Shown piece after piece: positions 1 to 11,700 of a stretch of DNA of 64,000 bases. The DNA lies in assembly GCA_965263035.1 (NCBI GenBank), contig OZ253580.1:480001-544000 (forward strand), in the 5' to 3' direction. The notes below the pieces were generated by a model. That model worked only from the letters and a program-made list of their open reading frames with translations, did not search any database and was not told the DNA's origin. Made by a program: the position numbers and the translations under genes. This DNA comes from Acidobacteriota bacterium. Its GTDB lineage: Bacteria; Acidobacteriota; UBA6911; RPQK01; JAJDTT01. Every line of letters begins with the position of its first letter. Positions within the stretch are counted from its first letter, which is position 1.

Positions 1-2
1 GG

Positions 3-1871
3 CAGAGCAAGAAGAACCCCGGTTTCCTGACCAGCTGTTTGTCCTGTGGAGCAACGGCTCGGCAGGTGAACGGCCGTTACCGCGAACCCGCGCGGCCCGT
101 GCGGGCGATCAACGTCTCGGATGTCCACGTCCTGACCCAGGACATGGTGCACCACGCACAGCGCCGGCGCCTCTTGGTGTTCTGTGACAACCGCCAGGAC
201 GCGGCGTTCCAGTCGGGTTGGATGAAGGACCATGCCCGTCGCTTCCGGCTGCGGGCATTGATGGCCGAAGGCATCAAGGAACGCCCTCGTTCAGTGGGAG
301 ATCTGGCGGCCTATCTCGACGACCTGTTGGAAAGCGATGAGACACTCTCCCGGGCGCTGATCCCGGAGGTCTGGCAGGTCGCCCGCCGCGAGAGCGCCGG
401 CGGACGCCACGGACAGGAACGCCGGAAGTTCCTTCGCTTTCAGGTCCTGCGCGAAGTCGCTCTGTCGGCTCGGCAAGCGTTCGGGCTGGAACCCTGGGGA
501 CGAATGAAGGTGGAGTACGACGGTCTTGATTCGTTCCTGCCATGGATTCAGGAACGCGCCCACTCCCTGGCCATTTCGCCGGATCGCCTGTGTGAGGGCA
601 TCGCCGGCGTTCTCGACTACCTGAGGCGAAAACGCGCCTTGCACGACCCGGAACACGAGATCTTCACGAAGTACTGGATGGAGGGTGACCGCGAGATCCA
701 GCAGGGCTACCTGCCCAGCTTTCTGAAACCCAACGGCACCAAGCTGCGGCGCGGGTCGACGGAAAAAAAGGAGCAGGTCACGCAATGGCTGAGCGATGCC
801 GGTGACACGACAATGCGTCAAGTCGCCCGGAAATGGGGTGTCGCCCGGAAGGACATCGAGCCGGTCCTGGAGAGCCTGTTCGAGTTTCTGGTCCAACGCC
901 GGCTGCTGGTTCCGGTACGGCTCAAGGGCGCCAGGGGCCGTCCATTGCCCAATCTTCAAGGCGTCTACCAGGTGAACTCCGACCGCCTGCTGTTGAGTCC
1001 CCACCGGGGCGTCAAGCGATGCCGGCATTGCCGGCGTACGACCGTACGAGAACTGCCTTACGACCTATGCCCTGCGTGGCGATGCAAGGGACTTCTCGAA
1101 TGGGTGCCGGAAGACTCAGACAACTACAACCTGCAACTGCTCGACGGCAGGTACTCAATGCTACGGCCCGAAGAGCACACCGCCATGGTCCCGCAGGTGG
1201 AACGGGAGCGCCTGGAGAATCTGTTCAAGGGCGAAACGGACGCAGTCAACTGCCTGGTCTGCACCCCGACGCTGGAACTCGGCATAGACATCGGTCAGCT
1301 CGACTCGGTGCTGATGCGCAACGTGCCGCCGTTGCCGGCCAACTACTGGCAGCGCGCCGGACGGGCGGGAAGACGCCACCGCATGGCCGTCGACATCACC
1401 TATTGCCGATCCGTCTCACACGACCGCGCCTACTTTGCCGAGCCGCTCAAACTGCTCGGCGGCAGGATCGATCCGCCGGCCTTCAACCTTCGCAACGAGA
1501 CTATGGTCGCCAAACATGTCCATGCCACGGTCATCGGCGGCCTCCATCGGTACGGCCGCGCCCCAGACCGGACGCAGGTGGAAAAGGATGAGATACGGGG
1601 CATCCTGGAGCTCTGCCTGCCGCGGGTCGTCTCCCCCTACCTGTTCGACGGCGGCGACGTGCGTCGTGTGCCGTTCGACTTCACTCCATTGCGAGATCTG
1701 GTGGGCCAAAATTCAGAGGATTTGACCACCGTGGTGGAACGGGTGTTCCGGCAGGGCTGGCCCGAGGCGGACGCCGGTGTTACGGAGCCGACAATTCTGC
1801 GGGCCCAAGTCGAGGGGTTCGTCGACAACTTGGAAGCCGTCGTTGCGCGCTTGCGACGCCGCCTGAATTAG
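3..1871 (+). CDS. Large SF2 DEAD/DEAH-box helicase (DUF1998-associated, defence-type), helicase C-terminal part; 5' end lies outside the window; ends at an in-frame TAG
   Basis: Frame is open from the window edge. Motifs LLVFCDNRQDAAFQ, EEHTA, CTPTLELGIDIG (motif V), NYWQRAGRAGR (motif VI) and CxxC pairs. Same frame as 1875..4082. Confidence 0.85.
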   Translation, partial: QSKKNPGFLTSCLSCGATARQVNGRYREPARPVRAINVSDVHVLTQDMVHHAQRRRLLVFCDNRQDAAFQSGWMKDHARRFRLRALMAEGIKERPRSVGDLAAYLDDLLESDETLSRALIPEVWQVARRESAGGRHGQERRKFLRFQVLREVALSARQAFGLEPWGRMKVEYDGLDSFLPWIQERAHSLAISPDRLCEGIAGVLDYLRRKRALHDPEHEIFTKYWMEGDREIQQGYLPSFLKPNGTKLRRGSTEKKEQVTQWLSDAGDTTMRQVARKWGVARKDIEPVLESLFEFLVQRRLLVPVRLKGARGRPLPNLQGVYQVNSDRLLLSPHRGVKRCRHCRRTTVRELPYDLCPAWRCKGLLEWVPEDSDNYNLQLLDGRYSMLRPEEHTAMVPQVERERLENLFKGETDAVNCLVCTPTLELGIDIGQLDSVLMRNVPPLPANYWQRAGRAGRRHRMAVDITYCRSVSHDRAYFAEPLKLLGGRIDPPAFNLRNETMVAKHVHATVIGGLHRYGRAPDRTQVEKDEIRGILELCLPRVVSPYLFDGGDVRRVPFDFTPLRDLVGQNSEDLTTVVERVFRQGWPEADAGVTEPTILRAQVEGFVDNLEAVVARLRRRLN

Positions 1872-1874
1872 GCC

Positions 1875-4082
1875 TTGACCCAGATCCGACGGCTAAACGA
1901 GCGGCGTGTGCGTAAGGGAACACTCGACGCCGAGGACGAGGCACTGTTTCGACGCTGCGACAGGTTGGTCAAGCGGCTCAAAGGAACCGCTGGTTGGTCC
2001 TGGAAGCAGGCGCAGGGACACGACGATTACAACACCTTCAATGTGCTGGCAGCGGAAGGATTTCTACCCGGCTACGGTTTGGAAGTCGGTTCGGTGGTCG
2101 GGTGGGCGGAGATTCCGTTCTGGCGGATGGGGGCCATGGATTTCAGCTTGCCGCGAGCGCCCGCGACCGCCTTGCGCGAATACGTTCCCGGCAACCTCAT
2201 CTACGCCAACGGCCACCGCTTCGTGGCGCGCCGCTTTCACCGTGAGCTCGCCGAAGAGCATGCCGAAACTCCCGTCTACCACGTCTCGCCGGATCGCCAA
2301 GCCGTAAAGGCGGCCACGGGGACCAACGGCTCGTCTTTGACCGGACAACGTCTGCGAACGGTAGCTGTCTGTGACACGGACCTGATTCACACCTCTCATA
2401 TTTCCGATGAGGAGGAATTGCGCTTCCAATTGGGCGTCGCCGTTTATGGGCTCGAGCTCGCCCAGCACAGCGGAGGAAAGGCGTTCCGTTGGGGACTGCA
2501 ACCAACGCACCTGAGGCGTGGCGTGCGCATGCGCCTCGTCAACGTAGGTGCGTCGGGAACCATCAAGAGGTCCGGCGAGTTGGGCTATCCAGTGTGTACG
2601 GTGTGCGGCCAGAGTGTCTCGCCGCTCTCTTCGGAACGCCAGCGCAAGAAGTTTCGTGAGTCCCACGCTGAACGATGCGGCCGTTCACCGAAACCCATGG
2701 GCTTCTACGCAGACGTGACGGCGGATGTATTCTCCCTTCCCGCATGTGACGACGCCGCCACAGCCTACAGCGTGCTGGAGGCTCTGCGGTTCGGCGCCGT
2801 TCGTGTGCTCGACATGCATTTGGACGACTTGCAGATTCTCGTGATCGGACATGTCGATCGCGACGAAGTGGACGCACTGCTCTGGGATCCGATGCCCGGC
2901 GGCTCCGGCTTGCTCGATCAGATCTGCGAGCGCTTTGGGGAAATCGTTAGAGTGGCTCGCGAAGTCGCCGACAACTGTCCCGCCGTATGTGAATCTTCCT
3001 GCATCGACTGCCTGCAGACTTTTCGAAACGCCTACTACCATGCACGACTGAATCGTAGGATCGCGTTCGAGCGGTTGGAAGAGTGGGGAAATCGCTTGGC
3101 CTTCCGTCACGCCATCCCGCCGCTGCAACCGGACCCGAAACCGGATGACACGCAGATGCCTGTCAACGAAATTGAAACCAAGTTGCGGCACTTGTTGCGA
3201 GCTGCTGAGTTCGGAGAGGGTATCCGCGGAGAGCAGATACAACTGGGGCCCCCATTGGGCACCACGACACCGGACGTCATCTACCGGGCCGAGGACGACG
3301 AGCCGGACGAGGGTCTCTGCATCTATCTCGACGGCATGAGTGGCCATCTCCACGGCAATCCGAAAACGGCCGTACGGGACCAGAGAATCCGCACTTGGCT
3401 CCGAAACAACGGATACGAGGTGTTGGAGATCCCTGCCAACGAGTTGGACGACGAAAACGCAATGGTCGGGTATTTTCGCCGGCTGGCAGGCTATTTGGGG
3501 ATGCGCGACATCAGGAAGAAATTGCGCCGCGACCGTTCTTGGTTTCGCGACCCCGAGTCCCAAATTCGCAATAGGGGGACTCGCCTGCGACTGGTCACAC
3601 CGAGCCCCGAGTCATGCTACGTCAACTGCGTGCCGCTGGTTCCCATGGAAGCGGCTGCAGGAGCCTTCGGCGATCCTCACACTCTGCCCGACGAGTCCGC
3701 CTGGGATTGGGTCAGATTCGATACGGCGCACCCGTTGCGGCGAGGCATGTTCGTTGCTCGAGTGGCCGGGCAATCGATGGAGCCAAAAATTCCGGATGGA
3801 TCTTATTGCCTCTTTAGGAACCCAGTCACCGGTACACGTCAGGGACGCACGGTGTTGGTCCAGTTACGCGATGCGATAGATCCCGATACGGGCCAAAGAT
3901 TCACGGTCAAGCGCTACCGGAGCGAGAAGACAGCCGACGAGTACGGTTGGAGACACGTCAGGATCGTCCTCGAACCCGTCAATCCCGAATTTCAGCCGAT
4001 CGAATTGACGACCGAGGACGAATACGCCGTGGCGGTAGTGGCGGAGCTGGTCGAAGTCATCGGCCCGGCACCGCCTGAATGA
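1875..4082 (+). CDS. In-frame continuation of the helicase: DUF1998 Zn-binding domain, DUF559/Vsr-like nuclease domain and C-terminal LexA-like S24 peptidase domain
   Basis: GFLPGYG; LWDPMPGGSGLL...CPAVCESSCIDCL (DUF1998); TPDVIY...IYLDGMSGHLHG...RDQRIRTWLRNNGYEVLEI (nuclease); EAAAGAF, VAGQSMEP and FTVKRY (S24). Confidence 0.8.
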   Translation: MTQIRRLNERRVRKGTLDAEDEALFRRCDRLVKRLKGTAGWSWKQAQGHDDYNTFNVLAAEGFLPGYGLEVGSVVGWAEIPFWRMGAMDFSLPRAPATALREYVPGNLIYANGHRFVARRFHRELAEEHAETPVYHVSPDRQAVKAATGTNGSSLTGQRLRTVAVCDTDLIHTSHISDEEELRFQLGVAVYGLELAQHSGGKAFRWGLQPTHLRRGVRMRLVNVGASGTIKRSGELGYPVCTVCGQSVSPLSSERQRKKFRESHAERCGRSPKPMGFYADVTADVFSLPACDDAATAYSVLEALRFGAVRVLDMHLDDLQILVIGHVDRDEVDALLWDPMPGGSGLLDQICERFGEIVRVAREVADNCPAVCESSCIDCLQTFRNAYYHARLNRRIAFERLEEWGNRLAFRHAIPPLQPDPKPDDTQMPVNEIETKLRHLLRAAEFGEGIRGEQIQLGPPLGTTTPDVIYRAEDDEPDEGLCIYLDGMSGHLHGNPKTAVRDQRIRTWLRNNGYEVLEIPANELDDENAMVGYFRRLAGYLGMRDIRKKLRRDRSWFRDPESQIRNRGTRLRLVTPSPESCYVNCVPLVPMEAAAGAFGDPHTLPDESAWDWVRFDTAHPLRRGMFVARVAGQSMEPKIPDGSYCLFRNPVTGTRQGRTVLVQLRDAIDPDTGQRFTVKRYRSEKTADEYGWRHVRIVLEPVNPEFQPIELTTEDEYAVAVVAELVEVIGPAPPE

Positions 4083-4221
4083 TGACGGGGAACTGGAAAA
4101 ACCCCCATCTGACATCGCACAGCGCCAACGAAGTTTCTCGGCGGTAGATTGAAACCAACGGAAAGGATATTGTCGTTTCGTGGCTTGATCGAAGCTCTCT
4201 CGATAAGTCGGAGACGTTTTG

Positions 4222-4674
4222 ATGAGCAATGTGGAACGGGTGCACGTCGACGGCAAACTTCTCGCGCGGCTCACGAGTGCTTTGAAGGGACGGGAGGAGA
4301 TCCTCGAAGCTTACCTCTTCGGATCTCATGCCCGTGGTCAGGCGCAACCGCACAGCGACATTGACGTCGCCGTCTACATCGATGAGGCGTTGGCCGACGA
4401 CGGCGCGTGGGGTTATCAGGCGCAGCTCACAACAGACCTCATGGTGGTTCTGGGTACGAACCACGTAGACGTCGTCGTGCTCAACCGGGCCTCCATTCTC
4501 TTGTACCATCGGGTTCTGCGCGACGGCGTCCGATTGCTCTCGCGGGACCTCCAGGCGACCACCATCCGTGCGGGTCAAGCGCTGTCGCGCTACTTCGATT
4601 TCCTGCCCCAACTGGACAAGATGGACCGCGCGCGGCGGCACGCCGCCGACGCCGCCACCGAGGACCGGCGGTGA
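4222..4674 (+). CDS. mntA: Minimal nucleotidyltransferase (MNT) antitoxin of a type VII HEPN-MNT system
   Basis: YLFGSHARG...SDIDVAV (GS-x10-DxD) and VDVVVLN; stop overlaps the next start (GTGA). Confidence 0.85.
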   Translation: MSNVERVHVDGKLLARLTSALKGREEILEAYLFGSHARGQAQPHSDIDVAVYIDEALADDGAWGYQAQLTTDLMVVLGTNHVDVVVLNRASILLYHRVLRDGVRLLSRDLQATTIRAGQALSRYFDFLPQLDKMDRARRHAADAATEDRR

Positions 4675-5111
4675 CTCCGGGCCGTGCGGACCGCCGTGCT
4701 GTGGAGAGGCGTCTCATTGCGCTGCGCCGAGCGGTCTGCGTCCTGCGTGGGCACGCCGGCTGTACGCCGCAGCAACTCCGCACCGATATCAACCACCGTT
4801 GGGCCGTAGAACACGGTCTTCAGCTCTCCGCACAAGCCGCCCTCGATGTCGCCACTCATCTGGCTTCGGCTTTGGGTTTCGACCCGATGACATACGGTTC
4901 GTCCATTGACTGTCTGGTAGAAGCGGAGGTCTTGCCCGCGAATTTCGGGGATCGTTTCCGACGGATTGCGGGTTTCCGAAACGTGCTTGTGCACGGCTAC
5001 CTGGATGTTGACCTCGACTTGGTCACCCAGATTCTCTCCGAACGATTGGATGACTTCGAAGAGTTCGCACGCCACGTCGAGAGGTGGTTCTCCGAGTCGG
5101 CGAGTCCATGA
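4671..5111 (+). CDS. hepT: HEPN (DUF86) RNase toxin
   Basis: GFRNVLVHGY carries the R-x4-HxY HEPN motif; GTG start at 4671 is coupled to the MNT stop. Confidence 0.85.
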   Translation: MTPGRADRRAVERRLIALRRAVCVLRGHAGCTPQQLRTDINHRWAVEHGLQLSAQAALDVATHLASALGFDPMTYGSSIDCLVEAEVLPANFGDRFRRIAGFRNVLVHGYLDVDLDLVTQILSERLDDFEEFARHVERWFSESASP

Positions 5112-5218
5112 ATTGGTGCGACCTACGACGGGGACGGTCCTCAGCAATGGTATTCATTGCAACCAGCCGTTCGTTGCGGAAGAAACGTATATCCGAGACA
5201 AAGTAAAGGAGAAGAGGA

Positions 5219-5671
5219 ATGAATTAGAGACTGATCATCATCGGTGGCCTGGTCTTCTGGGTGGTAACCAACATCTTGGGATTCGGGGTCACGAGTCTGA
5301 TCATCCACGGTGCGATTCTCGACCCGTTCTACAGAGCGAACGAATCCCTATGGATCGAGCCCTTGCGGCAGGACCCACCCGATATGGCGGCCGTCATGCC
5401 GCATTGGATCATGGTGTCACTGATCAGCAGTCTGGTCGTAGCCGGTCTTTACAGCTGTTTACGCAAGGCTTTCGAGGGTCCCGGCTGGAAATGCGGGATG
5501 ATCTGGGGGCTCTATCTGGCCATCTTCTCCTTCGTCACTCTGTTGGGCTATGCTGGGGTGATCGCGCTGCCCATGACGATCGTCATCTGGTGGAGTGTCG
5601 ATGGACTGATTCTGTTCGTGTTGGGAGGAGCCGCTATGGGTTGGGCCGGGGAGAGGTTTGCGGGCGACTGA
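5219..5671 (+). CDS. Small multi-pass membrane protein of unknown function; codon 3 is an in-frame TAG
   Basis: AAGGAG RBS precedes ATG AAT TAG AGA CTG ATC ATC (M-N-*-RLIIIGGLVFW), in frame with ORF 5261..5671; about 4 hydrophobic segments. Confidence 0.65.
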
Positions 5672-5705
5672 AAGTCGCCCCGCCGGTCGTCACTCCCGTG
5701 AGGAA

Positions 5706-8700
5706 TCACGGTTGAATTGGAACCACCGGTAGCGTGGTAAAGATCCGGTTTCCGGTGTCCAACTCCACTGCCACTCCCGTGAACATCCCTTCCCCGGGAG
5801 CCGTACATCGGACCGACCCCACGAAGTCCCTCGTGTCCGTTCGCGTGAACAGCTCTTCGATGAACCCGGCATGCTGCCCGTTGCCGCCGAGATTGATGTC
5901 CACCGATTCCAATTCCTTACCGCTGCTCATCAGCCAGCAGCGAACCGTTATCCGTGCCACTTCCAGGTTCCGGATCGCCGCCGCCGTGCGGATCGCTCCC
6001 TGCTTGCGCCGCGCCGGGAACAGCGCGTCTGCCGTGGGTTCGCTCGCACCCACCCCGGCCACGCCGACACCGGGAATGTCAAAGCGCAGGACTCCCCCCA
6101 TGGCCCCTGACGCCACCACCCGGACCGATCCCGTCACCACCTCTCCCCGGCCATGCGTCGAGATCGTCAGCTCGCCCAGTCGAGCCATCGGAGTCCGCAG
6201 GGTCAGACCTCCGTCGTCCCGCACCAACAGATCTTCGCTGATGTCCACCATCGATTCGGGCTCCTGCAATTCTCCGCTCCGATCGTAAAAGTAGATCGCC
6301 GGACGGGCCGTTGACGCGGCCACGTTCACCAGAACCAGATCCGACGTGATCAGGGTTCCGTCACCGGAAGTCCCGTTGGCGAAATGCGCGAAGTTGAGGG
6401 TCGTTTCCCGATCTTCAGAGGCCTCCGGGTGGATTGGCACCACCGGCAGCGTGGTGAAGATCCCATTGCCCGAGTCCAGTTCCACCGCCACTCCGGTGAA
6501 CGACTCGCCGTGCGGGACCGTACAGCGCACCGACCCCACGAAGTCCCTGGTGTCAGTCGCGGTGAACAGTTCCTCGATGAACCGGGCGTTCTGACCGTTG
6601 GCGCCGAGCTCGATCCCCCTCTCTTCCAGTACCACACCGTTTTTCATCAACCGGCACTGCACGTCGACGGCGGCCATCCCCAAGTTGTGGATGGCCGCCG
6701 CCGTGCGGATCTTGCCCTCCTGCCGCCGGGCCGGGAACAGGGCGTCCCCGGTGGGTTCACTGGCGCCCACGCCGGCCACACCGATCCCGGGGATGTCGAA
6801 GCGAACCACTCCGCCCATGGGTCCGTCCGACACCACCCGAACCGATCCCGTCGCCACCTCTCCCCGGCCATGCGTCGAGATCGTCAGTTCGCCCAGCCGA
6901 GGCACCGCAGTGCGTGCGGTCAGGCCCCCGTCGTCATGGATCTCCAAATCGTTCCTGACATCCACCAATGATTCGGCCTCGAGCAGTGCGCCCGCCCGGT
7001 CGAAGAAATAGACGACGGGGCGGATCTCATCCTCACCGACGTTCACCAGCACCAGGTCAGAGGTGATCAGGACGTCATTGCCCGTGTACCCGTTGCCGAA
7101 GTGAGCGAATTCCAGGATCACCTCCTCAGGCACGGGTCGGGCCACGCCCACGGGCGTGGCCTCGGCCGGATCGGAGGAAGGACTCCGGCCGACCTCGTTC
7201 ACCGCCCTCACTTCGAAGACGTAAGCCCGGGCGTTGCTCAGTCCGGTCACCCTATGCGTCAGGTCCGTGGATCCTGTGGAGATCCACTCTCCGGCCCGGT
7301 CGATCCGGACCTCGTAGTCGGTGATGGCCGAGCGGCCGTCGCTTTCAGGCGCCTCCCAGGAGAGGGTCACCTCTCCGTCGCCGGCTTCCGTCTGCAGGTT
7401 CAAGGGCGCCGTGGGCGCCGTGGGCGCCGTTGGAGGCGGCGCGGGTGGCGGAGGTGGAGGTGGAGGGGGTGGCGGTGGAGGTGGAGGGGGCGGCGGTGGT
7501 GGTGGAGGTGGGGGAGCGACTTCGTTGTCCTGGACCGTCACCTGGGCACTCTGGGTCGACGTCGGTCCCAGCCGGTACTCGTCTCCGGACTGCAGCCGGG
7601 CGGTGACTCTTCCCGCGGACTCGGATACGTCGTCATCATCCGTCAACACCGACAGCGTCGCCGTCTCCTGCCGGGCCTGGAACACGACTTCTTCCGGCGG
7701 CTCGTATGACGCCGACGTCTCGATCACCGACCCCCGCTCGGTGACCTCCACGTTCACGGTCAGCGACGCTTCCGTAGGCGGCCCGCGCGTCAGAGTGAAC
7801 TCCACGGTGTCGCCTTCCGTCACCGTCTCCGATCCCTGCCTCGCTTCGATGGTCACCAGCGGTGGCTCGGCCCGCCGGTTCGCCGACGTCTCCGCGGCGT
7901 TGCTGACCTCGTCCTGAATCGGGTTGAATCCCGGCATATAGTCCACCATTACTGTTTCACCGGCCCCCACCGCTGAGGCCAGCGTCAAGATGACGCTGTT
8001 GCCCCTGACCTGGACCTGGGTGACCGTTCGATCGTTCCCGTCCACCGTCACCGCGAAGTCGGAACTCGACGGCACCGAGCCCTCATCCAACTGCTCGTCG
8101 TAGTTCAGCGCCACCCGCGACCCGTGCACCGTCACGTCTTCCAGCTCCGGTTCCGCCCCGTCCACCTTGTGGTCCGCCTGCGCCTCTACCTCTTCGTAGT
8201 TCCGCGCCGCCGCGTTGTCCGCCAGGTCCAGGATCTTCCCTCCGTTGAGCGCGATGCTTCCCCGCGGGATGCTCACTCCATCCTCGTCCTCGTCCCCCTT
8301 CTCCACCGTGTAGACGAACACCACGGCTGGGCGGTCTGGCCCCACGCTGGCGCTGGCCCGCTTCCGCCGGTTCCCTACCAGAAGATCCAGCGTCGGGGTC
8401 CCCCGCACCGTGTCCACCGTCACCGTCTCGTCGTAGCGCACCGTCACCGAGATCATGTCCCCGATGGCGTACGTCTCATCCGTTCCCGGGTCCGAACTGA
8501 TCTCGATCCCTTCGATCGACGGCGCCGTCGTGTCCGGCGTCTGGTTGTCCAAGAACTTGTCTGTAAACCTCTCGGCGTCGTTGCCCACCCGGTCCTGGAT
8601 CGGATTCGATCGCGGCTCGTAGCTCACCCGGATCCCCGTCTCTCCGTGTTCCGCCGCTGGACTCACCGTCAGCCGAACCTCACTCCCGGTCACCTGAACC

Positions 8701-11700
8701 CGGGTCACGGTTCGCGTCTCATTGCCCCCGGCCACGGTGAAGTCGCTCGTGGCCGGTCTTGAGGACGTATTCAGGGGTTCGTTGTAGGTCAGCGTCAGCG
8801 TCGCCCCGTTCACCACTGCCGGATCGGTCAGAGCCGGCGCCACCGCGTCCACCTTGTGGCTCGAACTGGCCACCACGGCCGTATGGTCCAAGGTGGCGTC
8901 ATTGCCTGCCCCGTCCCGGATCGTCCCTCCCGCCCGGGACAACTGGTTCTCCTCGAGACTCACACCGTCCTCGTCGACGTCGTCCGTCACCACCCGATAG
9001 GTGAACTTCACCGCCCGGTTCGAGACACTCCGGTACTCCGCCGTGGGATTCCGGCTCCCCACTATCAATGTCAGTTCGGGAGTCCCCGTCACCACCACCG
9101 TCTCGTTGAACGTCACCGTCACTTCAATGGTGTCGTCCACGCCGTACGTCCGGTCCGACCCTGCACTCGAGGTGATCCGTACCGTCGACACCGTCGGCCC
9201 CGTCGTGTCTCCCGTCCGATTCGTGACGCTCCGGTTGCTCAGCCGGTCCGCGTCGTTGCCGGCCGTGTCCTGGATCGGGTTCGATCCCGGCTCGTAGCTC
9301 ACCCGCAGGCCGCTCTCTCCGTCCGTGACTGCCGAGCTCAGCGTCAGGAAAACGGCACTCCCGTCGACCTGGACTCGCTCGACCGTCCGGGTCTCGCTCC
9401 CTCCCGTCACGGTGAAATCGTCCGTCGACGGCTCCGGAGAGGTGGTATCCAATGGCTCGCCGTAAACCAGCGTCAGCGTGGTCCCGTTCACGACTGCCCC
9501 GTCGGACGTTGCCAGCACCGGCTTGACGCCATCCACCTGGTGCTGGTTATCGGCCGCCACCGGCGCGTGGTTCAGCACTGCGTTGTTCTGGGCCCCGTCG
9601 CGGATCGTGCCGCCTGAAAGGCGGTTCGCATCGATGCTCACCCCGTACGGGGCCGTGTCGCTCGAGACCACCTGGTATGCGAACCTCACGGCGGCGCCCG
9701 TGACATCCTGGTAGTTGGCCGTTCGGCTCCGGCCGCCTACGTTCAACGTCAACCGCGGCGTCCCTGTCACCAGGACAGTTTCGTTAAACGTGACTGTCAC
9801 TTCGATGGTCTCGCCGGCCGCATAAGTCTGATCCGACCCCGCGTTGGAGGTGATCCGCACCGTTTCGACCGTCGGCCCCGTCGTGTCTCCCGTCCGGTTC
9901 GTGACCGGTTCGTTGTTCAACTCGTCCGCCGCGTTGCCCACCACGTCCCGGATCGGATTCGATCCCGGCTGGTAGCTCAAACCGAGGCCGAACTCTGCGT
10001 CTTGCACCGCCGGGCTCAAGGTCAGGAAAACGGCGTTCCCGCTCACCTGGACCCGCGTGACCGTCCGGGTCTCACTGCCCCCGGTCACGGTGAAGAGGCT
10101 CGCCGCCGGTCTCGAGGACGAGTTCAGCGGCTCGCTGTAGGCCAGCGTCAGCATCGTTCCGTTCACCACCGCCCCGTCCGTCGTGGCCAGCATCGGGGGC
10201 ACGCCGTCCACCTTGTGCCGCGAATCGGCCGCCACCCCCGCGTGGGTCAAGGTGGCGTCATTCCGCGCTCCGTCGCGGATTGTCCCGCTCCCTCGCGACA
10301 GGCTGTCCGCGTCGATGCTCACCCCGTCCCGGTCCCGGTCGCCCGAGACGACCATGTACTCGAACTTCACGGCAGCTCCCGAGACGCTCACGTACTCCGC
10401 CGTCCGATTCTGGCCGCCCACGCTCAGCGTCAACCGCGGTGTCCCCGTCACCACCACCGTCTCGTTGAACGTCACCGTCGCCTCGATGGAATCTTCCACG
10501 GCGTAGGTTGAATCCGACCCTGCACTCGAGGTGATTCTCATCGTCTGCACCGCCGGTCCCGTCGTGTCTCCCGTGACGTTGGTGACCGGCCGGTTGCTCA
10601 ACCGGTCCGCATCGTTTCCGGCCGTGTCCTGAATCGGCTTCGCTCCCGTCCCCGTCGGGATCGTGTAGCTCACCCGCAGCCCCGTCTCTCCATGCTCCAC
10701 CGCCGGATCCACGGTCAGCTCCACTGCACTCCCGCTCACCCGGACTCCCGTGACCGACCGCGTCTCGCTCCCTCCCGTCACGGAGAAGGCATCGTTCCCG
10801 GGGACCGAAGACGAATCCAGAGTCTCGCTGTAAGCCAGCGTCAGCATCGTCCCGCTCGCAACGGCGCCGTCGGTCGTCGCCAGTACGGGTTTGATGCCGT
10901 CCACCTTCTGCCCCGTGTCGGCCGCCACCGCCGTATGGGTCCGGACGGCATTGTTCCTCGCCGTGTCCCGGATCGTCCCGCCCGACAGGCTGCCCGCCTC
11001 GATGCTCACCCCGTCCGTGTCGCTGTCGTTGACGGCCACCGTGTAGGCAAACACGACCACCGCCCCCGTGACGCTCTCGTAGGTCGCCGATCGATCCCGT
11101 TCCCCCACCTTCAGCGTCACTCCCGGGTTCCCGGACACCGTGACCGTCTCGCTGAAGGTCACCGTCACCTCGATCTCCTCGCCGATGCCGTAGACATCCC
11201 GGCCGTCCGGCGGATCCGAGGTGATCTCGATGGAAGTGACCGTGGGAGGGATACGGTCCGGCGTCTCGTTTATCACCGGCATGCTGCTCAGTCCGTCCGC
11301 GTCGTTGCCGGCCCGGTCTTGAATCGGCATCGCCCCCATCCCGGTCGGGACCGTGTAGCTCACACGGATCCCCGTCTCCCAATGCGCCACCGCGGAGGAG
11401 AGAGTCATATCCACCGCACTGCCCCTAAACGCGACACCAGAAACGGTGCGCGACGAAGCGCCCCCCGAGACGAAGAACGCGCTGGACGGCGGCATCGATG
11501 TCGAGTCCAGAGGCTCGGTATAGGTCAGCGTCAACGTCGTCCCATTCACCACGGCCCCGCGCGTCGGCGCCAACTCCGGCCTGATCCCGTCCACCTTGTG
11601 CCGCGAATTGTTCCCCAATGCGCGATGATCCAGATCGGCCTCGTTGTCCGATCCGTCCTCGATGGTCCCTCCATTGACCGACAGGCTATTCGCCGCGATG

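Noticed and set aside
1869-1871. Genome-wide amber recoding or pyrrolysine
   Set aside because: Several clear genes end in TAG, and no pyl genes or suppressor tRNA are present in the window.
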